Shown here: positions 13,201 through 25,110 of the stretch, piece by piece
How the letters are laid out: each line of letters begins with the position of its first letter
How positions within the stretch are numbered: the stretch's first letter is position 1
Source of the DNA: Camelus ferus
Taxonomy: Eukaryota
Direction: 5' to 3'
DNA: 64,000 nt
Assembly: GCF_009834535.1 (NCBI RefSeq)
Contig: NC_045697.1
Location: 67,582,001-67,646,000 of the forward strand
Program-made: the position numbers and the translations under genes
Notes under the pieces: generated by a model
What the model saw: only the letters and a program-made list of their open reading frames with translations
The model's database searches: none
Told to the model about the DNA's origin: nothing

Positions 13201-14109
13201 GAAAATTTATTTTGTGATAATGTGGACCTTGGATTAGATATCGTATATAGTATAGAGTTAAACTGGGCAAAAGTTGACCAATTTGGTTGCTATGGCTATA
13301 ATTAAATGATGAAGACATCAACAAATCAGTTATTGTGAGTGAGAAAATAAGAGTCTGTAGTTCCACAAATGAGGAAATTAGTTACAACAGTTAGGAGTTT
13401 TTCAAGTTTATGTATTTAATCAATGGCAGAACTGAAATGTCATGTCTGATTTCAGAGCTTACTCTTAGACCACTCTGCTGTACACTGCTTCTGAAAATGT
13501 CTGATGCAGGCCATGATGGACCATGAAACATCAGAGAAGCAGAGCTTAGCTGTGTTGGGGTGAGAACAGTGTGGGCCTGTACGTCTGGAGAGGCTTCCAT
13601 TATGGGCTGTGGGCAGTATGAGTGGAATGGGGAACATAGTCTGGTTAACCAGCCGCAGGACTGAGAATGAGCTTACCTGGTAAAGAGAAAGGAGGTCCTT
13701 GAAGAGAAGGCAAGAGCCAGCATGGTGAAGGGCCATCACTTGGAATCTGTGTGTAAGGAACCCTTTGGCTATTTTGAAGGTGGTACTACCCAACCGCACA
13801 ACATGCCGGAAGCGTTACTCCTTGTTCCTGTGGACTTGAGGCAAGTTTGTAATGAGAAAGAAATTTAGAAAACGATAAGCAAAGTAGAGCTTCATTTTCT
13901 ACACATTTTTATCAATTAGATCTTTAGTTATTACTAAACAAGAGTGCTATTTACTTACGAGATCACTGCTAACTTTCAGATTCTGAATAGTAGCTTTCTC
14001 AGAGTAGGTATTTTTGCAAGATGTATGTAGCAATTTATCTGATGAAAAATCAGAATCTCTGGAGTTAGGTTTGGGCCTTGTACCTCTTAAAACAAACTTC
14101 AACAATCAG

Positions 14110-14372
14110 ATATATTAGTTATTTTGAAGTAACATGCAACCTACAAATCTCAGAGCCTTAAATAAATATTGATTTATTTCTCTGGAGACTCTTGTACCAG
14201 CCCCTAAATGCATTATGCATGAAGTGACCCACATCTTTTCCACTTCCATGTCATTGGCCAAAGAAATTCATGTGGCCGCAACTAACTTCAAGGAAGAGGG
14301 AAAGGACATTTTTCCCATGCACCCAGAAAAAGAAGAATAGAAATATCTGTGAACAGCAGTAAGGTCTTCTAC
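14110..14372 (-). mobile_element. Old MaLR LTR (MLT1J/K-like), copy 1
   Basis: gtaacatgcaacctacaaatctcagagccttaaa...gaagtgacccacatcttttccacttccatgtcattggccaaag...catgtggcc...aacttcaagg. Confidence 0.65.
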
Positions 14373-14770
14373 AGAAACAACCTAAGTATTTCAGTGACAT
14401 AAACAGAAACAGAAACTACTTGGGTTGTTGGGTTGGCAGCACTGGTGTGTGTTTGTGCATCTATGTGGGTCTGTGTGTTAGCAAGTGAACTGTTCCACAC
14501 AATCATTTGGAGACCCAGGCCTCTTGCATTTTTTGGCTCCATCCTACTCCAGAGTCTTTATCCAAGTGTTGGATTGGGAGAAAGAATGAAGACCACACAT
14601 AGAAAGATTCTGTGGCCCAGGGCTGGAAGTAGTGACATCTTTTCTGTTTATATTCTATTAGCCCAAATGCAGTCACCCAGCCACACCTCACTGCAAGGGG
14701 AGCTGGGAAACTTCCCTAAATGTGTCCCAGGAAGAAAAACTCAACAGATTTTTGGTAATTATTTGCAGAC
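14373..14770 (-). mobile_element. Old MaLR LTR (MLT1J/K-like), copy 2
   Basis: ctgttccacacaatcatttggagacccaggc...ggctggaagtagtgacatc...cagtcacccagccacacctcactgcaaggggagctgggaaac...cccaggaagaaaa. Confidence 0.75.
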
Positions 14771-16399
14771 TGGATCGACTCCAAGTCTCTAGCAAAATGC
14801 CTAATTGCCACATCCTTCTGACTTCATAGAAAGCAGGTCCTTTAATCGGGACAAGAGAGGCCATTGGCCATTTACACTAGAAAAATTGACAAACCCTCTT
14901 AACACCCTGTGTTGAAGAAGTCAAAGTGAATTAGCAAAAGGTGAATTATCAGCATATTGATTTTAATTCCCTTTTTTCTCTCTATACTACCAGCCTTCCT
15001 GAAAACCTGAGTATGTGGGGGAAAAAACCCTTTCTTTTATTTATTGAAATAATTCTGTTTTTATTTTAAGCAAAATCTATTGTCTGCTACAATAGACCTT
15101 TGACTCAGGAAGAGAATATTAATTTAATGGATAAATTAATACATGTTCCCTTTATGCAAATGTTTAGAAACTGGATGAATGGGAAGACCATTTTGTTAGT
15201 TTTCCAGACTGTTGTAATCTTAGCAAAGCAGGAATGAAGATCTGTTCATTTCTATTGAATGAGCAAGAGAATATGAGAACATTGTATATAATAAATTTTA
15301 TTTGAGTAATTCCATATGGTAAATTTTTTCTGGTCTCAAAGGCAGTGTGAAGACCATATTCCTGTAGAAAATGTGATAAGAAAATGAACATTCTCTAGTA
15401 TTTGCTATCTTTTGATTACAACAGACTTTGCCTCAGAATGGACAGGGCTTTGATTTTCACTGAGTATACTAAAATATATATTGAGGTTACTGTTAAGAAT
15501 TCAGGAATGCTTGTAAGGAAATGTAAGAGTATTTCTCTGTGAATTGGTCTGCACCTTGGGTCCATATTAATTTTAGATATTGCACATAGCTCTATTCAGG
15601 GAAACTCACCTTATGCATATCTGCTTTAGGCTAAAATGACTACGGGAAAGAGTTCATTTTATAATTTTAGTAACATAGCTCCAGACAACTATAATTAGAA
15701 ACAGTAGCAATGATGTTTTGGTTGTATAATTAGGTGAAATAAAATTCTACTTAGAAATTACATTGAGATTTTGTCTGAGGTATTCAAAGTGTTTGCTAAT
15801 ATTAAGCATTTGTGTGATAGTCATTCTGCAGGGTACACAGGGACAGATTCTCTCATTCATCTGGACGTTATTTTCATTCTATATCCTTGCAAACTGATTT
15901 AGGAGTAGATGGATATTCTACTAAGTGGCTATACTATAGCATATCACTAATTGTATATTAAAATATCAAAATAGCCTATCACAAATTGTATATTAAAATG
16001 TCATTAAAGCAAATGCTTGCAAATAACAGGTTTTGAGACCCTACACTTAGGTAGGCACTGTACCAAAAACTAGGCACAAGTAACCCTAAGGATTAAGTAC
16101 TATTTAGTTCAACTTTAAATCTAAGAGACATGAGGAGCTACAAATGAAACTGCCAAACAGTATTAACTGGAGCAAGGATTTGATCCCAGGTATCACTGAC
16201 CCCCCCATTCCTTCCCCAATCCACCACATTAAAACAATTACTATTTAAAATATGAATGGCAGCATAGGAAGTTGAAACTGAACAAATAGTGGTTTTATGT
16301 ATTCAGTGTTGGGTATGAGACCCTTTAAAGACAATGACCCAGCAGTCTAAAGTACCTTTTGGGATCATTAATTATTTGATAACACTGTCACAGTTTCCC

Positions 16400-16660
16400 A
16401 TGGCACGCCTTTGCTGCTGTATTTTCTTATCTGGAAAGCCTTTCCCCACTTCTCTGCCTGATAAAACCCACAGTTTTCTTTTCTGTTTCTTTACTTTTTC
16501 TTTTAATCCTTTGAATAATTCATTGGTCCTATTACATGCTCTTTGCAGTTTGTATCTGTTGGAAAATTGTCAAATTATTGTTTGTTATTAAAATGCTCAT
16601 ATTCCCAACTGGATTTTAAGTTTTTTGAGGAACTCCTCAGTGCCCTTCACAATTGTTGCT
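16400..16660 (+). mobile_element. L2 3' fragment
   Basis: gcctttgctgctgtattttcttatctggaaagcctttcccc...caactggattttaagttttttgagg...cctcagtgccc. Confidence 0.55.
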
Positions 16661-16719
16661 CATAGTTGGTGGGTTAATAAAAGAGTAATGAGTATCTCTC
16701 CTTTATGTAGATTAATGGG

Positions 16720-16830
16720 ATAGTATGTTATAGTGGAAAGAACACTATAATTGTGCAGATCACTTAATTGAACTTCTATTTTCTCTTCTGTAAGTTGAGG
16801 ATATTGGGCTAGGTTACTTCCATTGTTATT
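16720..16830 (+). mobile_element. MIR fragment
   Basis: tagtatgttatagtggaaagaacact...cagatcacttaa...ttttctcttctgtaag. Confidence 0.5.
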
Positions 16831-17214
16831 TCTACATTTACTGTTGTCTGATGGATCCAAGTGCTTTGTTTTCCCAGACCATAGAAAGCATATGTAGAAA
16901 TCAACTGAGAGATGCGATATTTTGTAATTTTTTCTGTTTCTACTGTGTCAAGCAATATTAGAATTCACACTTTCTCCATTATGATAAAAATAAAATGCCA
17001 GATAGAGCACAGGAAAGAGTGAGGAATTTTCTAAATATAATTCTGACTTCCTTTTGGTGTGATCATTGAGAATCCACCAGTAGGAAATAAACTTTCTATT
17101 ATAAATATATAGGTATACAGTTAATACTGCTTATCAAAGGCTCATTTTAAGACAGGAAAATTATTCTCTATATGGATATATATGTTAACATCTAAAAATA
17201 AGCTGGATTAGAAA

Positions 17215-17385
17215 CTGTAACTGTGGTCAGAATCTTATGAGTTCCATCTTTGCCATGCTCTTGCTCTATGAGCTTGGACAAATCATTTAAAACTAGGAGT
17301 CTGTCTCCTACTAGGTAGGCAAAGTTAGTTAAAGCCAAGTCTTCTGTAAGTTTACTTCCAGCTCTAAAGTCCTTTGGTTTTAAAA
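17215..17385 (+). mobile_element. MIR3-like SINE
   Basis: MIR core (gagcttggacaaatcatttaa) followed by an L3-type tail (acttccagctctaaagtcctttggttt). Confidence 0.5.
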
Positions 17386-19360
17386 TTACATTATTAGGTA
17401 ACAATGTTATGTGACTCCAATTTATCATTTCAGGGATTTCCTTTAAGATCATATTATTAATGTTAGCTTAAAAATAAACAAAGTAAAAATCTTATTTCCA
17501 TTCATTTTGTCAATAAAAAATACAGATAAATTGCAGATGACACATACAGCAGAAAATAGAGTTTCACCTAAGTGACCCAAAGTAAATAAACCATAATTAC
17601 TTGCCGTGTACTCATCTAAAATACTTGATTTCAAGAGCTCCAGGGCAAGAGGTGAAGGGTGTAATAAAGTACTTCTTGTTTGGCCAGAGTAATGTATTAA
17701 ATACATTAAAATAATTATTTCCCCCCTACAAGAACAAACCTCACACAATTTCTGGCTTTCAAGTTCCTTTCCTTATTCTATGATGCAGATCTTCAATGCT
17801 CTCAAAGAAAGACCATAAATTTGCAAGCATAAATATGATAATGCTTCCACAAATATGCACGCAAGCCTATTAGATAAGAGATTTGTCCTTGGTGCCTTTT
17901 AGCAAAAGGCCAATTTGGCCCAGAATGTGTTACCAAGGAAGTTCCAGCTGTTGATTCTCAGTTGAACAAGCCTGATGCACAAACTTCTGTAGAGTGCAAA
18001 GTATACCAAGAAAGGAACACAAAGGAGACTTTGTGGTTTTTATTATCCAGCCAATATATTGTTTAGAGTTGGGGGCGATAGACGCACGATAACATAATTA
18101 TCTCCTTAAATGAACACAAATAAAGTTAAGAAGTTTAGACAGACAGTGAGGAATAGGGAACCAAAAAAATATTTTTTTCTTCACCAGGTTAATACCAACT
18201 TGCTAAAGTGACTATTATAAGAGGTATTTACAGCACAATATAAACCATATCAGCGACTTAAGTTTTAAATTCAAAAGCTTTGGTTAATGTTTGCGTTTAA
18301 AGCAGAGCTCAGCGCCTAAAAGCTGGTCAATAAACATTTTAGTACTGCTCTTTTCCAGTGATCTGAATTCAATAATGTTACCTTTCCAGAAGCTGCAAAA
18401 TGGAAAGTGAAAGAATGATTTATGAAGCCTGGCTATGCATGGCCAGCTAAGAAGGCTTTAACTGATGCTTTCAGGATTCTCTTTAATGAAGTACAAGTTG
18501 CCAAGATAAGTTTAGGTAAATGAAGCCTCTGTCACATTATGTTATAGTGAAAGAAATGACAGACATAGCCCAGCAGATGGAGGTTAATGCAGAATGGTGG
18601 TGTCAAATAATGTAGTCTAGGTAACTGCACAAAGATGGAGCAGGTGCATTAGTGTTATTACTATAAACAAGTTCATAATACCACAACACATTCATGGAAT
18701 CCGTTCAAATTAAGCATAGCAACTTTCTTTGTTTAAGTTGTCACTTAGACTGCATGCAGATCACATTTCTGAGCCATCAATTCCTTTCAAGTAAAAGCTC
18801 TCATATTCAGTACCAACTCCTATTTAGATGGTACTATTAACCTTAAAACCCCTGGTGTTTTGCCTTTTCAATAATTTCTTAAAGCAATGCCTGAATACTC
18901 TGTTGAAAATGTTAATTTTAGGGCTATGATTTAAATGAATGTATTAGCACCCCTTCCTATCTCCGGTTTTCTCAGTCTGAATGCAAACTGGAATCCTGAA
19001 TACAATGGATTAGGAGAATTCAGCTGTGTCCTTTAAGCAAACAATAGGGACTGGGTCTGGAAATTTAAGATGTATTTGTGATTTTAATTCTGGAGGGTCT
19101 GGGGGTTGACTTTACTTGAAAGAATTAATTGCCATCTTGAAATTCCTCTGGGCAAGACTGGGTGGCCCACTGCTACACCTAGAAACAATCAAGGTTGGAA
19201 GGAGGGAGTCAATTGTTCTGTGACATTTGACACTGAAGTTGCCTAACAGATAAATACTGCATTTCCCTTAGGCATTAAACTCCCACAGTTCTAGATTTCT
19301 TTCTATGTACAATTAAGTAAAAGAAACCCACACTGACAAATAAAAAAAGAGGTATAAAAA

Positions 19361-19465
19361 GTGTATATATACACATACATACACACATGTATACATTGAC
19401 AAAGATTTTAAAAGTATAAATATACATGTATGTGTGTGTGTCTGTGTACACAGACACACACATAT
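19361..19465. repeat. Compound (TA/CA/TG) microsatellite region
   Basis: tatatatacacatacatacacacatg...gtgtgtgtgtctgtgtacacagacacacaca. Confidence 0.8.
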
Positions 19466-20789
19466 AGATGCTGACATGAAAAAAAGGAACAATTAAAAAC
19501 CAAGCATACTGGGCAACCACCATAAGAAAACATCCAAATGTCTAATTCTGACACTGAAGAGAGACATACTCTCAGGACTTACTCCTACTGCAAACTGATA
19601 TGCAATCCAAAATATATGCACCACTCTTCTTGTGAGGATTTGAGAGCAAACTCCTAAAGAGAAGATGGTAGACTTTGGTGACAGCCATGCAGCTATATTT
19701 TTGAAATTGCACATGGTACATGATGGTGGACTGAACAGTGTTAATTGTTCTGTTTTAAAACTTTATTTCTTTACATTTTATTAATATCTGACCTTTAAGT
19801 GTAGTTTTCTGTACGACTGTGGCTTATTCTTATTCATATTTTTCCTTTTTTTCTTTCTTTGTCTAGAACCTGGGCACTGGAACCTCCAAACCTTTTTAAT
19901 ATGGGTGGTGGTAGAAGATAGTGAGGAATGTTATAAATGATAATTGAGATCTGGGCTTATCTACAAATGCCAACATGATAGAGCAAAAATATACCATTTG
20001 TGAATCAGGCATTGCTTGTAGCTGATAGATGCCACGTAAAAGGCCATCTGGACAAGGATAAGCAAAGTAGTTCAGAATATTTCATTTGCAAAATAAAATA
20101 TTAGGGGGAAAGTATAATAGCCAAGCTCTAAAATAGAACAGTTGGCACATACAACCATCTTGCCATCCTCTCTTATGTCCCATATTTAGAAGCCCTTGAC
20201 CCAATTAAATCTTAGTTTATTAATTGCAGGTATCAAGCATCTTCTACAATAAAGTTTTTCCACTAAATCATTTAAAAAACCAAAATACAGATTCCCAAAG
20301 GATAAAGAAAAAAATCTTCCAGCAGGATGTGTTCAGGGATGCAGCCCCATTCATTCCAGACCCTGACATCACTTCTTAGAGGTCTCCAGGTCCCACCTAC
20401 CTACCAACTTTCCCCTTTAATAACATTTTACAAACAGCCCATAATAAACATTATATTTCATAGTCTCCCCTCACATACTTTCACCCCAGTGTCTCAGATG
20501 CACTTTCTGTGGGGCTCTGGCCAGTCTCCTTTTGTAGGATCACCTAATATCTTCTCTGCCATAAGCATATAGTTGCTCAGAGGATTTCAACTAAGACATA
20601 CTGAACTTCTCAATAACGATCAGGTTGGAAAATATACCTTGTATTTCTATGTCCATTATGGTTCCCTTATTACATTAATCACTTCCCCTAAGAGTCACCA
20701 AACCTATCAGTTACCCCTCTCAACTATCTTGGGTCCAGTTGCTATGAGCCTTCAGGTCTCCACGTTCCCTGTTGGACATCAGTCCCTGA

Positions 20790-21220
20790 CCCTTCAAAGG
20801 TTTCCACTGTGCCCAGTGACTCATTGCAGCTTCCTTTGCTTCAATTTTACTGGCCTTTTTCATTCCCCTGAGCTCACCAGGCTTTTCCACGCTACAGCAT
20901 TTCAACTATGCTCTTACTTTTGATGGAATGAGTCACCTTGTCTTCATCTAGTTAACTCCTGCTTATCTTTCTAGTCTCAGTTTAAATTCTGAAAATCCAG
21001 ACAAATTTAAGCCCTTCTTCATAGCAATGATAACAAGAACACTTAGTTATTCAATTTTCTTAAACGTCTGTTTTCTCCACAAAACTTAAGCTTCATGATG
21101 TCAGGAGAAAATGTTTGCCATACTCACTACTGCATTTCCAAGCCTATAAACTCATTGAGTCTTTAAGACCATTTGGTGGGTGAATGAATGACGGTGGGTG
21201 ATGTATAGATGAATGAGTGA
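20790..21220 (+). mobile_element. L2 3' end
   Basis: tcatctagttaactcctgcttatctttctagtctcagtttaaa...aagcttcatgatgtcaggaga...tgaatgaatga tail. Confidence 0.75.
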
Positions 21221-21584
21221 AATGCACTTGATATATATTACCAAATCACTTTCTAAACTTTTTAAAACTCTACTTATACTTTCCTTAAGACTTGAAAATA
21301 CCCATTACTCTGTACTCTGAATTACCTTGAGTGTTAGCATTTTATAAAATGTTTGACTAAGTAAAAAAAGTGTAATTTCTCTTTATTTCTGTGATCAGTA
21401 ATGATGCCAGCAGTTTTTTATGCTTTTTATTGATTTATTTATCTGTTATATCCTTACTATGTTTGAAATTTTAATTATTTTAGTCATTGACTTATCTGAT
21501 CCCTATTTGTTAAATATATTAGTTATTCATTATCAATTTCTTACAAAATGTTTTTCCAGTTTGTCATTTTCATTTCACTGTCAT

Positions 21585-21925
21585 TTAAATAGACTTCACT
21601 TTTTTAAGAGTAATCTTAGGTTTACAGAAGAAGTGAGCAGAGAAAGTTCAGAGAATTCATTGACACCCACTGACATCCCAACCCTCAGTTCCCGTTATTA
21701 ATATCTTGCCTTAGTGGGTACATTTGTTACAATTGATGAACCAATATCAAAATAGTATTACTAATTAAAGTTCAGAGTTTACATTACAATTCTGTGAGTT
21801 TTATTAACTGCATAATGCCATGTATCCACTATTATAGTATCATTTAGAATAGTTTCACTGCCCTTAAAATTCCCTGTGCTCTCCTTAGTCGTCCCTTCTC
21901 TGCTCCTCTCCCCTCCTATTCCATA
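21585..21925 (-). mobile_element. L1MC-like 3' end, antisense
   Basis: ttaggtttacagaagaagtgagcagag...gggtacatttgttacaattgatgaaccaat...atttagaatagtttcactgcccttaaaattccctgtgctc. Confidence 0.85.
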
Positions 21926-23344
21926 GCTCAGCTGATAGCATGGAGGACTGGAGAGTGGACATCTGCCATTTTAAGTTTTATCTTGTTTATACTTTTAGTT
22001 GGATTATGGACATTTTAATATTTCATGTGCTGAAATCTATCATGTGAGAAATTGCTCCCACATACCCAGTCATTAAATGTAATAAGACATTGAAACAGAA
22101 TAAATTTTTGTATCCTGTTTACTATATTCAAATAAGTACTGAATTCAAATATAAGCAGCCTGGGAGCAGGAACTGTCCATAATATACAAAATATGCCCAA
22201 GCAGGAACTAAAATTTTATTGTACACATCAAGGATCCTAGGATTGTGACCAAATGTATTTATTATGTCAAACACAATAAAGAGAACGCTTCAGACAAGTA
22301 AACAAAGCTCATTAATAACTTCCTGGAGAGCTTCATTTCTCCCTTTGAGAACCAAGGACTAAATACCTCAAACAGTTCTTTACCTTACTCTTCTGAGCCC
22401 AAACAGCTGCATTCAGTCCTAAAGAACTACTCCTCATAGTAGTCATACTGCATGTAGAGAGACTGAGGTTTCAGGCTTCTGAGTATTTTCTGACGGGAGC
22501 GGTTAAGATGCAGGTTGGTCTTCATGTGTGCTAACTTGCCTTTTCTGATCCTTCCCCATGACTTCGGAGCCTTTTCTTTGGAATGCCCAAGACCCCTCCC
22601 ACTAGACAACTCCATTGAGGTCACCCTCCCAGCTGGTTCTGTAATCATTTCATATGTGTGCCGGTCTTCATTGTTAGAATAACAGCTTCTTGAAGACTGA
22701 GGTTATGGCTAATTCAAACTTGCTTCTTCTGTGTTCCTAGCACTGAGTTTGACCTACAGCAAGTCCTCTATACACTGCACTCTACATCTGAAACAACAAA
22801 TATAATAAAAATATGAAAAATAACTAAAATACATTAAGCATGGAAAGAATTTTGTGGTCATTGACATTCTCTCAAAATATTCATGTAACATTCTGTATTG
22901 CATTTTTTCAGTTTCTTCAGAAAAATAAAGAGGTAAAAGAGAGGCAATCATGTTAAAGCAAGAGTATTTAGGAGAGAGTTCTAAATTTGTTATTTAAGAA
23001 ACTATGCTTTTACAGCCATATTTACATCTAGCACTTTTGCATCTTCCAAACTCACTAATTTGTTAGCTGCAGCTCATTTACCCAACATAAAAGGACCCCC
23101 ACACATTCTTGGAAAGTGTGATTGTCATGATATAAGAACATCATAGTTCTAAACATTACTGTTCACACAAGACTTATTGTAACTAAAACTCAAGATCTTT
23201 CTCTCTCCAGAGGAAAAGCAGGCTAAAACACATGGAATTTAAATGTATATTTTACTGACTTATTGGCATTTCTTTCTTTAATAAGTCATTGTTTTCTTTT
23301 CTATGTACCCTGTATACACACTTAGAATAAAATAGCTGCTCTGT

Positions 23345-23550
23345 TTTGCATACTTACGAAAGGCACTGGGCTAAACAGGCCTTTTGTATTACTTCATCAA
23401 ATTCCCACAACAAATCTATTTAGGAAAGATTGTTATTTTCTCATTTTACAGGTAAGAAAAGCAAAGCTCAGGGAGACTAAGTTGTCAAATATCATGTAAA
23501 TAAATAGTTAAATAAGAATTTCAAATGTAGTATGTCTGATTCAAATGCCT
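23345..23550 (-). mobile_element. MIR SINE
   Basis: ggcactgggctaaac...tcccacaacaaatct...tctcattttacaggtaagaaaagcaaagctcagggagactaag. Confidence 0.75.
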
Positions 23551-23829
23551 TTAAAAAAAGACTCTATTGGACTAAAAAGAATATTGACTGTCCAGCAAAA
23601 AGTCTGACTTAAAAGTCACTGATGAATTGACGTTCAGTAGACTAAATCTATAGCACGTGGAGTGAAGATGTTTATTTTAATTGTATGGAGTTAATGTCCT
23701 GATTTTGTCATCAGTGTGGTCATAACTCTATGTATTTATTTCCTTGTTTATTCTACATATTAAAATTATCCCTTTCCTCTCATCTCTGTTCAGACTTCTG
23801 TGGAATTTTAATGTCATGTTTACTAGTTA

Positions 23830-24070
23830 GTTATGGGCACGGACCATGGAGCCAGATCTCGTGACTTGAATGTCAGTTTTGCTCCTTTTTTAGCTTTTGA
23901 CTTTAGGCAAGTTATTTCAACTCTCTGTGCCTCAGTCTTCACATGTATGTAAAGTGAGCAATAATAGCACCTATCTTGTAGTGTTGTTTTGAGGTTAATT
24001 TAGTTTTTATATTTAACGTGCTTAGAGTATTGTCAGGGCATAGGAAAAAATCAACAAATCTGAGCTATTT
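23830..24070 (+). mobile_element. MIR SINE, near full length
   Basis: ggagccagatctcgtgacttgaatg...tgactttaggcaagttatttcaactctctgtgcctcagtcttc...aataatagcacctatcttgtag...gtgcttagag. Confidence 0.85.
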
Positions 24071-24249
24071 TTTAATCCAAAAATAACAAAATCCTATTTT
24101 TGACTATACAGCATGTGTGAGAGAAGGAAAGGATGGAGAATGAAAAGGAGAATGAGCAACACAAAATAGAAAGCTTTGGCAGAGGGCAATAATTCAACAG
24201 GACCAGAAAGGCACAGACTTGTTTACTGTAAGTTTTTATTACAAAATGT

Positions 24250-24840
24250 CCCTGTGCCCCAGCAGTGGCTCTCCACCAGGAGTCAAGTCTCCATTCACAG
24301 TTTCTGGCTGGGGCCCGATGGGCAGGTGTGCCCAGGTGAAAAGCCATGGCAGACCTTCGGCAGCATTTCACCACTTCCTGGGGGCTCTCTGTCCACCCGG
24401 CATTGTGTCTGCCCTGGCAGACCTGTGTTTCCTAAGTGCTTCGGGAAAGTCCTTCTGCTTTTCTGAGGTTTTGGCTTAGCTCTGTAGTCTCCTCTGTGCA
24501 CTGTCATTATTTTTCAGAAGTCTTGAGGGGAGATCCAGCCTGCATCTGTGTACCCTCATCTTTCTAGTTCTAGCTCTAGGGATGCTGCCAAAAGCTCTGC
24601 CCACTTCTGGGTCCCTCTTAGTCTGCCTGGAGCGCAGATTATCAACCTCTAGCCTGAGCTAGAGTTGGAACTTGTCCCCTGAGAAAGCGGAGGAGCGTCA
24701 ACTCACCTTTCTGAAATTTTAACCCCTCCAGTCCTTGTTTCCACAGCTTCTGCTGCCTTTTGTGTCTAAATTTATCAAGCTTTTCTAGTTGTTCTCAGTC
24801 AGAGGACTTGCCTACCATGACCAACACTGAACTGCCCATA
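24250..24840 (-). mobile_element. Probable ancient L1/HAL1-type 5' region, antisense
   Basis: GC-richer island ending in tttatcaagcttttctagttgttctcagtcagagg, resembling the reverse-complemented 5' end of old L1M/HAL1 elements. Confidence 0.5.
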
Positions 24841-24894
24841 AAATTTTATTTTCTTTTATCTCCAGATATGTATTTTAATTCAGCACTTTTGAGT

Positions 24895-25110
24895 TCTATG
24901 ACTTTCTCTATGCCTCAGTTTCATATCTATAAAATGGAGATAATTAGAACAGCTAGCTCATAAAATTGTGGATTCAACAAATGTGTGTGTGTGTGTGTAT
25001 ATATATACATATACGTGTGTGTGTCTGTGTCTGTGTGTGTGTGTGTATATATAGTGCTAACAATAGTGCTTGGCACATAGTACAAATGAGATAAACATTG
25101 GTTATTATTA
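24895..25110 (+). mobile_element. MIR SINE interrupted by a (TG/TA) microsatellite at about 24982-25052
   Basis: ctatgcctcagtttcatatctataaaatggagataattag...[microsatellite]...aatagtgcttggcacatagta. Confidence 0.85.
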
